From: Lama guanicoe
Taxonomy: Eukaryota
Assembly (NCBI GenBank): GCA_013239625.1
Contig: MU054400.1
Span: 2,205,345 to 2,269,344 of the forward strand
Direction: 5' to 3'
DNA length: 64,000 nt
Position numbers and translations under genes: made by a program. The notes beneath the pieces are model-generated. The model had not been told where the DNA came from. It saw only the letters and a program-made list of their open reading frames with translations, and made no database searches. Positions 26,101-38,100 of this stretch are shown here, piece after piece (positions within the stretch are counted from its first letter, which is position 1; every line of letters starts with the position of its first letter).

Positions 26101-29100
26101 ACTGGTCCTGTAAGATTGCAGACCGAAAAAGGGAATTCACTTTTTGAAACTGGGAAACACTGAATGCTATGTTTCTCACTTTGAGACTCATAAGATACAC
26201 TAATTTCTCAGAAGTCTTGGGATTAAGAAACCTGTTTGCTTTTTGCAACCTGGCATTCCCCCAAAACAATGTGACCGTGGTACCATTTTACCATTTTTCA
26301 TCAAGGCCGTTACATAATCCAGAGCATGGTTAGTTTCCAACAGATGGAGAGAGGAAGTTACTGCCCACTCACCCCCAAGCAGGTGGGTTTTGGGGGCTTC
26401 CAATACCAGCACCTCAGAAGCATGCTTCCTGTCCCCAACTGCCATCAAGTACCTATTACCTGTACTCCCTCTTCTGCCAGTTTCTTACACCAAAAACGAA
26501 GGCCCAGGCCTGCTCTATCTAGGAGAAAGGTGGGGCAGAGTTACTGCCTTTAAAAAGATCCATGATTTTTAGAAGTATTATTTTATATGCTTATATTTAA
26601 ATATCAAAGCTTTGTAATCGAGCAGCAGTTTTCATAGTGTGACCCTCCTGGCATGAACTTTGATCTTTTCAGGGTGTTCGTGAGGTCAAAACTATTTTCC
26701 TAGTTATACTAAAATGGTATTTGCCTTTTTCATCATGTTAACATTGGCACTGATGATGCAAAAGCAACGACGGGTGAAACTGCTGGCTCCTAGTATGAAT
26801 AAGGGAAGTGTCACCAAACTGTACTGCAAGTCACTGCATTCTTCACTGCTGTGCACTCACAATACGAACAAACCAGCAAATGCCAGTTTCACTTAAGAAT
26901 ATCTTGATGAAGTAACAGAAATTATTTTACTGAATCCCAACCCATGCATACTTTTTTTAGTTATTCTATGGGACAAAATGGGAGGTATACATAAAGTAAT
27001 TCTGCTATATATGAAGAGCGATAGTTGTCTGGGGCAAGAAACTGTATGCAAGTGTTTGAGCTGAACTAGCCACATTTTTCATAGGGTGCTTTTTTCACTT
27101 TAAAGAACAACAGACAAACTACGGTTATTCACACTTGCTACGTGACAGAACTGTCAGTTAAAGGAAAACAAATAACCAGTATTTGCTCCAAATGATAAAA
27201 TTCAAGTTTCATGCAAAAATTAGAACTTTGGAAAACATTTCTGCTACTGTAAACTTGACAGCTTACAATACTTAAAGATTTTGCAGGTGAGATCAGTGGT
27301 GCTATAAATAAATGTGATTTTTTGATATTGTATAATGAAATATGTCAACACTTGAATGATCTGCATAACTTAGTAAATAAATATTTTCCAAGTGACCAAT
27401 GCATCATGATTTAAAATCACATGTGGATAAAAGATCCATTCAAAGTACAAGATAAAAATCAGTGAATTTTAATGTATAAATCTTAATGTAACAGAATGGT
27501 TTCAAATCCCATACTGCCAAGTAACCTTTAGGAAATTTCTACTTGTTGAGTTTTGATATAATGTCAAAGAAGAATATCCACAATTATCTGAAAAAGTCAT
27601 TAAAATATTCCTCCCTTCTAACTACAAATCTAGACAGGGCTGGTTTTCTTCATACACTTCAACTAAAAAAATATATTGCAACAAACTGAATGCTGACAGA
27701 TACAAAAACCTACCTGCCTTCTATTAAGTCGGACATTAAAAGAGATTTACAAAAATACAAAACAATTCCACTCTTATTAAATTCTTCCAGTTTTAGGAAA
27801 CAGTTATTTCTCATGAAAAAATACTCTTTATACTAACATGTAATCAGGTTATCATTGTTAGTTCTGAGTGAATTAATAGTTTAAATTTGTTTTAATTCTA
27901 ATAATGGTAAATATCAGCAGATAAAACCCACATAAACAAAAGCTCTCTAGGGTACTTCAATTTGAAGACTGTAAAGAAAAAGAGAATTGCTATAATAGAG
28001 GCTTCTATACATATGAAAAGGTACTGAGGTAAGATTTCTAACTAGAAAGCTTTGTTGTTGTTTCTTATTTTTTTATTTTTTTTAGAAAGCTTTGTTTTTA
28101 ACTATGTTTTCCTATTTTTAAAAAATGGTAGGATATCCATTTGCCACCAGATTATAAACTCCATGCAAACAAAACTAGGTATCTTATTCTCCATTACATC
28201 CCCAGTGACACATACTCTTCATACAATAAGTATTTTTTGAATAATGAGTGGGGAAATGTAATCCTTGAGTCAATATACATAACATGTATACATGTACATA
28301 CCTACATTCCTTAAATATTATAAAATATATGGTTTGTTTTTTGTCTAAAAAAAATCAATACTCCAAACTCAAGGGATGAAGTATGTTTTGCTTTCAAGAA
28401 TCACTGACCCACAGAGGGATAAAAACTCAATAAAGTATGGCTTAATTTTGTTTCTGAAACTGTCTCTTTTCATCCTGTAAACGAATGACCAGGTCTACAA
28501 AAGTCTACTTAATAAACATAACAAAATACATTTAAAGGAGAAAGAAGGACAAGCCAAGACAGGTATGAATTACGAGGAGACAGCAATAGAAAAGGGAAGA
28601 GAGAAAGAAAGAGTAAAGGCAAGTGAGATTTTACACATAATCTTTTTTAAGTATTTCTGAAATTCCCAAATGACTCTTACTTGCCCAAATGCATTTAGTC
28701 CTTAAACAAGTTACTTACAAAAGCAGTGTCTAAGTACCTGGCATTTCTTAAGCTCTCGCTTCAGCTGGAGAACTGTAATATGCTGCAGTCCTTCCTCCAG
28801 GTTTCCTACGCCTTGGCTCCCTCTGAATGAGGTGAGAATCGCCTTCCTGATCTCCTGGGTCGTGTTAAACCACTCCTGCAGTCTGTGTTGCTGCTTCTGG
28901 TTCAGTTTCACGGCATCTTTCAGGTCCACCAGGAAGGTAAAGGCTTCCTCTATACAGTTTTGGTAACCCAGACATTCTCCTTGCAGCTGAGCTACTTGCT
29001 CCTCAAGAGAATGGATCTTATTTTTATCAGGAGTCTCCTCTTGGTGGGTCTGGCTAGTCTGGCTGCTAACAGACTGCTGGCTTTGCAAAGCTTCTCGAAG

Positions 29101-32100
29101 CAACTTAATCTCAAATTCCATTTCGTCCATACGGTCTGACTCGGGGCTGAAGTTCAAGGTGGGTTTGTTTCTAATGTTGCGTGCTCTGTTGGCGTATTTG
29201 AGAGAATTTAAGGACTCATCGAAATCCGAGGACGATGGGCTGACACAAGTGATCATGAGAGTCTTGGCACTGCCTCCCAGGGAATCTTTCAGAAGCCGGG
29301 TAATTTTAGCGTCCCTATATGGAATATGAGAACTCTTCCTGCGTGGGTCCCCAAGAGCGCTTATTACATTTCCTAAAGCCAGCAACCCACTGTTGATTTG
29401 AATGGATTCTTTGAACCGTTCGCCAGTATTCCCTGTTTTGGTTACTCTTTCTGACCCAGCCAAATCCACAAAATGGAACTTTGAGACAATATGTCTACGG
29501 GAATACCACGATCCATCTTCGGCTGCCTCTATATTTTTCTTCACTTGACAAACACTGATTGTGAAAATTGCATGTGATCTACTGGAGTGCTCGTTCATTT
29601 GGGTGGTACCCGTATGCCTGGCTGCATTTCCCATCTCCAGGAGACTCAGCACTTCATCTGCACTCTCCGCCTGGCATTCCTTGGCCCCAACAATCACTTA
29701 AAATAGCAACAGCAAGCTTTTAAACCAAGTTTTAATCAAAATCCAGTAGAGTTAAATTAACCACACAATAGTTATCGCTTGCTAAACTGCCCAGCTAAGA
29801 CAGTCCATTTAAAAAAAGCAACAGCGTTTCAAACAACAGTAAAGTCAGCAACATCATTAAATCATTTTAGATGATCTTCTAACCAGACTATTTTAATAGA
29901 CAGCACTCATTTTGATGTTTAAATTCTAGAAGATGTAACATACATGCCTTTTCAAACAACCTGGTGTCTTTGGAATCACACATCACTCTCAATTCTTCAA
30001 GATGGTTGACAAAAGAAAAACTCTTTATTCTAGTATTTTGATTTGTAGAGTCCAACACATTAATTAAATGAACAGATTAACTAAATATATAACTCAAAAG
30101 AATTAGTCAGTAGTAGATTAATTAAAGGAAATTAATTTCTTCTGAGCTTCATTAATATTCAAGCCATCCTGAGGTTTAAGGTTTGTGGTACATAACCAAT
30201 GATAAATGAAAATGTCAGTATCAAGTTGGTTATTCATTTTAAAAACAGGTTTGCCTTGTATAACATCAGAGTGCAAGGTAAACAATGAGATGGCAATTCA
30301 AAAAAAGCAAAAAAAGTTTCTATTTTAATGGCAGAATAGAACCCAAAATAACCTAAGATTACTACCCAGATTGTCTATATACAAAAATATTTCAAAAAGG
30401 AGTAGGTGGATTTGGGATTTGAATCATAGCAGTCAATCTCCAGAGCCTGTGCTCAAAAATGACAGCGTCATGCTTCCTCTTTAATCTAACCTGTCATGCC
30501 ACCATTTCTTTGAAAAATAGTTATTCTGTTTGCACTGTTTCCACCATGACACCTTTTTAAACAATCTAGTTCATTTAAAGCTCTAAATACCTGTACTACA
30601 GAAAGTGTTAAACTGTCAGCAATTATAAAATATAACAAGGTAATCATAAATCAGAATAAAACTATTGTATAAAATTTTTCTAATGTTAGGCTATAGCTTA
30701 ATACTATCTATGGTCCTCAAACCCAGCTGCAAATCACTTGGGACCTTTCTAAAACGTGAAGTACCAACATCCATGCCCCATCCTAGACTAATTAATCAGA
30801 ATCTCTAAAAAGTGGGGCCTGGAAACCAATATTTCTTAAAAAGCTTCCAAGGTGATGTTATTTGTGCAGCACCCAGGTTGGATACCACCCACCACTTGAC
30901 ACAGAAGAATTCAATAAATATGTCAGACAAATGCATTTCTGTTCTGAGTGGGACATTTTATAAGGTATATGGCAATTTGTCTTATGACAGTTTGTTACAT
31001 CCTACAAAAATTTCTGTAGGACTGCTATCAGCTGTGGAATATTTCCGTCATTATATTTATGAGTATGATAGTGTATACTTCTGCACTATTTTACAATAAG
31101 CATATTTTATTTCTGTAACCTTTAGTAAAAGATAAAAACATTTGATAATTACATTTCATAAGATACAGAAGCTCAAAACATCAGTCTGACTTCTGTCCAG
31201 AAAAGATAAACTATACTAAATTATTTAATAAGACCATAAACCACATTAGCCTTCTTTCTAAGAAACAAAACAAAACCAGTTTCTTCAAACACCCAGGAAT
31301 ATAGGTATGTATATGTATCACTGAACTATTATGCTGTACACCAGAAATTGACACAACATTGTAAACTGACTATACTTTAATAAAACAAACAAACCAAAAC
31401 CCCAAACACCCAGGAATACCAGGGCTGCCAGGACAGGGCCTATAAGGAGACAAGCTTTACTGCCCCCTGCAGGCTGCTATTGAGTGAGATAACCATCTTC
31501 CTTTCCTAACTGCTAGGAAATGCCCCCAAGGAATCACTCCTCTGGCAGGATCCTTTGTCTCCAGGAAGGTTCTACTAAATGTGTTTTCTAGGAGAAGAGA
31601 CATCCAAGAACAGTCATTGTTATTAATAATGGTGAAAATCTGAAAACAACCTAAATGTCCAACAATGGACCATCAGCCAAATAAATCATTATAATATATT
31701 CAGAAGATAAATTACACAACCGTGAAGAGTCATAAATCTGAAAAATACTTAATGATGTGGAAAATTCTTACAATACAAATATTAAATGAAAAAATAAGGT
31801 GAAATGCTATAATGAGTTTGCAAGTATATTTTTAAAAAATAGGATGTGCATAGAAAAAGAAATCTGGAAGAAAACACACCAAAATTAGAAGCTGTGATCT
31901 CTGTATTCTGAGATTAAAGATGACCTTTAACTTTCTTCCTTAGACTTTAGTATGTTTTCAAAATGTTCTATGTTGAACATATGACCTTTTAAATCAGAAA
32001 AGCAGAGTTACTCTTTAAAATACCTGTATTTTGATCTCCCCATTCTAACCTTCTCCCATTGCCAAACAAATGCATATTTAATGAGATTACAAGGTTGATA

Positions 32101-35100
32101 GCACAGAAAAGCCAGACCTTGAGAAGCACAACAAAGGACAGGTAAAATGTCATTACAAAGGAGAAAACAAAACACATAAACCCTAAATTAACAACAACAA
32201 CAATAACAAAAAACAAAGAGGAAGTGATAGGTGTGCTGGGACAAAAATCAAAGAGAAAGAGAGAGTTCTGGATCAACTGGAACACCAAAGGGAGAAGCCG
32301 TCCCCAATCTCACAGTAACTCTGGGAGGAAAAAAAGTATAAAAGTTAATTTAGCCTATGTCACAATGTCACGATCTTTCTTGAGGACAGCCCAGACTGGC
32401 GGATAATTATAGAAAATGTAGCTGACCTTTGAACAACATGGGTTGGAGCGAATTTTTTTTCAATAGTAAATACTATAGCATTTACACTACACTACCTGTG
32501 GTTGACTGAATCCACCCATGCAGAACCATGGATACAGAAGGCCGACTATAAGTTATACTTGGATTTTTGACTGCGTGGAGGGTTGGTGGCCTGATCTGCC
32601 ACCACCCCCTTACTCATGTTGTTCAAGGGTCAACTATACTTTGATTTACACCCTAATAAGTCCATCTTCCCAACCAGTCTGAACTTTATTTTTCACCTGG
32701 GTGATTAAACTGCTATTGGTAATCAATAAACTACTCAATTTAAAAGTGAAAACAAATTCATTTTACGTCCATGTCTGATTTAAAACAATCTTTGGAATAT
32801 AACCAGAATCTGAATTAAATCAAATCCTTTTGCTAATGAAGGCTTTCAATTAAGCAAGCTACTTCACCTGTGTTTCCCTTTTCATCTTCTCGGATGTGAA
32901 GATCCTTCACAGATGTTTCCAATTCTAGAAGATCTCTTAGGTCTTCCTTGTATACTTCTATATAAGACACTTTCACATTAAAGTCAATGCTAGGATTTTC
33001 AGAGATGTTTTGAAATATTTCTTGGATAGCACGAGGAATGATACCCTTTTGACCCTCCACAACTGAAGCTGAAAATTTAGGAAAAAAAGCATATCTGAAA
33101 CTATAAGAAAAGCTACAATCAATAAATTTACAATCCATAAATTAATTTTCTTAAATTTCTACTTGAAAAAGTTTTAAAACCAAAACTATAAATTCATAGG
33201 CAAAAGTTTTCACATGCATGTCCTTACTCAAAATGTATTCATGTGCTCAATAAATATTTATACAGTACCTACTATGTACCGGGCAGTATTCTAGGACCCC
33301 CGGAAACATCAGTGAACAAAACGGGGGAAAAAAATCCCTGTCCTTATGGAACTGTACTAGGAGAGACAGACAACAGCAAAAAAAAGAATAACTGGTAAGT
33401 GAATTATATGGTACATTAAAATAGTGTTAAGTAAGCTTGCCTGGAGGAAAAAATAGGGCAAGGTAAGGGGGACTGGAAGTGTGACTGTATTTAGGTGGGC
33501 AGTGCTCGCAGTTTTAAACAGGAAAGTCATGATGAGCATCAGGAAAAGCTGACGTTTGAGCAGAAACTTGAAAGAGGTGGCAGAGGACCCAGGCTGGTAT
33601 CTGAGTGTCCCAGACAGACAACAGTAAGTGCAAAGGTGCTAAACTGGTGTGATCCGGAAACAAGGAGGCCATGTGGCTGGAGCAGAGGGAGCAAGGGGAG
33701 AGTGACGGGATGAGGTCGGAGAGGTGACAGAAATCAGAGCATGTAGGTCTTGGTAGACCATGATAAACTGCAGGTTTTTTCCTGAGATGAGAGCCATTGG
33801 AGCAGAGCAGTAATTTGGGATTTAAAAGAGAACACTCTGGCTGCTAGGTCTTGCTTTGATCACAGAAGGGCAGGGGTACAAGCGGGGAGACCACTTAGGA
33901 GACCAGTGCAGTAATCCAGGAGTTAAGGGGGCTGGGGGATGGGATACACGTGACAGAGGCTCACACAAGGGAAACGTGAGAAGTGACCAGATTCCAGATT
34001 ATATTGAAGAGAAAGCCATTAAGATTCACTGACAGATTGGATGTGGAATGTGGAAGTGATGAGCCAAGGATGACTTCAAGGTTTTGTCTTGAGCCACGGG
34101 AGTTGCCATCAACTAACACGGGGAAGAGTGGGTGTTGAGCTGGTTTAAGGGGAAAATGGCAGAGATAATTTTTTGACCTATTAATCTTGAGCTATTTATT
34201 TGGGATACAACTGGAAAGGCTGAATAGGCAGTTGGGATATATGAGACCAGAGTTCAAGACAGTGTCTGAACTGGAGGTAAAAAACTGGAAGTCAGCTAGC
34301 TACATACAGATGGTATTTAATGTCATGGGGCTGGATGAGATCCATCACTGCCTCCTCTTCTCTGTCATTTCTGTAACTCGGAACACAGATGTAACATTAT
34401 GAATGCACATAAGACACTCAGATACTGAATGTTCACAGCAGCATTATCCACAATAGCCGAAAGGGGGATACAACTCAAGTGTCCATTAACAAATGAATGG
34501 TTAAACAAAATGTGACTTGGACATACAATGGAATATTATTCAGCCATAGAAAGGTATCAAGTTCCAATACATGCTACAACATGGAGGAGACCCCTGGAAA
34601 CTTTATGCTACATGAAAAAAGCCAGACATGGGAGAACAAATACCTTATGGTTCAACTTCTATGAACATCTAGAAGAGACAAATTCACAGTTAAAGAAAGT
34701 AAATTAAGAGATTACCAGGGCATGGCAGGAAGGGGAGTTATTGCTTAATGGGTACAAACCTATTTGGGGTGATGAAAAATTTTGGGAAGAGCAGTGATGG
34801 CTGCAAAACACTGTGAATGTATTTAATGTCACAGAACTATACTCTTAAAAATGGTTAAAATGGTGAATTTTATATTTACTGCAATAAATGGCTAAAATGC
34901 CAAATTTTGTCTTACATTTATTTAACTGCAACTTTTAAAATAGTAAAAAATATTACAAGATGAAATTTAGAGTAAGTAAAAGAATAAATTGGGACTTAAG
35001 GGTAAATAAGTTTCTGTAGGCCAATTTAGAAATCTGCCCACCATTTTTAGCACTGCTCCATGGAAAATATAGTCCAAGCTACAAAAAGGTGGCTTATAAA

Positions 35101-38100
35101 TGAACCTTAAAAACAACTTACTTCTCAGTTGAAGATTACAAATGTTTACATTTTTGGCAACAAACACCTTGAAAAGCTGGACCTTATTAAGTTGGACTGC
35201 CTTTCACTTAATTTAAGATGCAGGATTGCCATCGTGTGGCAGGTACAGGAAACTGCAGGTTTTTCCAGTGTGAAGGAAAGTGAAGATTTCCTCTTGGAGA
35301 ACTTCCAGGAACTAGCCAATAGTACTGTCTGTAAACTCCAGTATATATATATATATATACTAGATTAGCCAGAATATAAGATTGACCAGAAATAGTTCAT
35401 TTACTTCCCACTTCAACAGATGAAAACCCACAATAATTCATTCAGAACACATCAGAAAGGTGAACTTCAAATAATACTTACAATATTTATTATAAGTTTC
35501 AACATGTATTTTGGTAACCTAAATATCACATTTTCAAAGCCACACTTATATTCCTGAAACAGACTATTTCAGAGAGAAACTGTAAACGTTAACACCTCAA
35601 CAACCACCATTTAGCTTTATAAACTATTTAAAGAGTATGCAAACAGGAGTTTTTAGAGAAGATTATACCTAGTAAAAGTTGGTAAATCCAAGGTTCTGAA
35701 AGGCAGGGAAATGAATATTAGTTTAAATAAGCATCATATTGAAATTAAAGATATTTTCATTCTGCCACAGTGTCTTGTATGGTACCTAGCCACTGCAAAT
35801 GCTCAATAAATTACTTAATGGAGGAAAAAACATTATTTCCACGGTCAATAATCAGAAAGCAGATGACTGAACCAGAATTAGTGTCCTACAGACAACCTGG
35901 AAATCGAAAATACCGTTTTCACAAATACACCAAGGAATGTAACTTCAAACAACAAAGTGCAATTTTTCAATCTATCACATGGCACAAAAAAAAAATTGGG
36001 GTTCATGATTTCCAGTAAGTGGCAAGGATATAAGCAAATAAATGGCTTTCATATATTGGTGGTAGGAATATAAAATAGGCATATTTTAGGTATTAAATAC
36101 ATCATTAAATGAACAAATAACAACAACAAAACAAAAACTACACGTGTGAGTCCTTGTAATATGCCTAGAATATGTCTAGAGGACTCTAGAACGTTATTTC
36201 CTGGGAATGAGAAGAGCTTTCATTTGCTTAACTTGATTTCTTAAGCATTATTTGCAATTTGTTTTACAATGAATAGTAATCTGTTTAAAAAGTAGAGGAA
36301 AAACCATCAAAAACTGTTCCTAATGGTGATCTATTTCTTCTGGCATGAAATATTTTACAGCAGTTAAAATATTTTAGGATTATAGATAACCTGAATAACT
36401 TTTTCCCTTAGGGAATTAAAATTGCATTCACGGCCCCTTAAAAAACAATATAGCCATAAATCAGTCACCAAGCTCTGAAAATTTTAAGACTCCTATGAGT
36501 AAAAGGAATAAACTGAGTCTTAAAGATCATAAAACACCTGCCAATCAAAAAAAAAAGTTATACTTTTCAAGAAAACCCACAACTTGTAGTAGAAAAACTG
36601 AATTTTAAAAATGTTGAGACCCTAAAATAATCTAGTATCTATAGTCTCTTAATACTGTAATAACAGTGATTCTAAAAATCGGGAAGGGAGAGGGGGTACT
36701 GGGCACTTACAACCCTCCATTGAATCTTTAGAATAAGATTAGAATAAGGGCTTAGAATAAGGGCTTCCTCAAACCACAGAGCCACCCTCTAACCCTCCCC
36801 ACCAATCCCTGCATGTAATGAGAGATGTTTCTGAAAGTCACATATTCTATTTCAGAAGCATGAAAGCAGAAAACACAATGAGTCATTACACATACACAGA
36901 ACACTGATGATAATTTAAATAATAACAAATATGCACAGCATTCCAAAATTTGCTTTGAGTAAAAAAAAAAAAAAGCAATATAGTAAATGATCTCAACAGA
37001 GAACTTGGCTTTCAATCCCAGCTCTGTCAGCAGTCACCTAACTGAGAAAGCCCTTCATTGCTCTGTGGATGGAAATCCTCAATTATAAATGAAGAAAAAT
37101 GATTTCCAAAGTTCCTTCCAGCTCTAAAGGAAATCCTATGATTCCATCTTTCCAAACTAGAATTATAAGCAAGAGAAAGTACATCTCAAATGCTCAGTTT
37201 TTAAAATAGGAATCTGTATGTATGCATGAGGTGCTGGATATGTTAACTACATCTTTCACAGTTTCAGTTTTATCAAATCATTACACTGTACACTTTAAAT
37301 ATTTTACCATTTTATTTGTCAACTATACCTCAATAATGCTTAAAAAATAAAATAGAAATCTCACTAGAAAATTTTTAAGAAACACTTTAAACTACATAAT
37401 AAAATTCTCCTACTGCCTCTAAGTCCTGGTTGCAAGACTCTTAACATTTACAATATTGAAAGATGCAGAACCTGATCATGTTAACTCATTTTTATTTTAA
37501 ATTCTATTCAAAATGACAAAGGGTTGCTAGAGGCAGACGTTGGCAGGTAAGGAAATTGGTGAAGGCGGTCTAAAGGTAAAAACTTCCAGTTATCAGATAC
37601 TTAAGTCCTGGGGATGTAATGTACAGCATGATGACTATAGTTAACAATACTATACTGTATATTTGAAAGCTGCTAAAAGAGTAGAACTTAAAAGTTCTCA
37701 TCACAAGAAAGAAATGTAGCTATGTGAGATGACTGATGCTAGCTAAACTTACCCTGGTGATCATTTTGCAATATATACATACATCGAATCATGATGTTGT
37801 ACACCTTGGACTAAGACAATATTACATGTCAGTTACAGCTCAAAAAAACCAGGGGGTGGGGGGGAGACACAAGAAGGGCTGAACACTGAACATTGTCTTA
37901 AACTTCTTTCCTCAAGCAAATATAATCATAAATTGTTTAATGGCACTTCCATATTTAAAACCGAATCTTTCAAAGATGATCTTCTGAACACATCTGATTA
38001 CCCTATTCATTATTTCATTCGGTCAATATGCTGAGCACCTACTATGTGTCAGGCACAGTAGTATTTTAGGTTCTTTCTAGTGTCTCAAATAAAAGTCAAA

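Noticed and set aside
28711..28737. Alternative GTAAGT donor 19 nt past exon 4
   Set aside because: Poor exonic context (TTT|) and it would frameshift; the CAG|GTACTT site preserves the frame.
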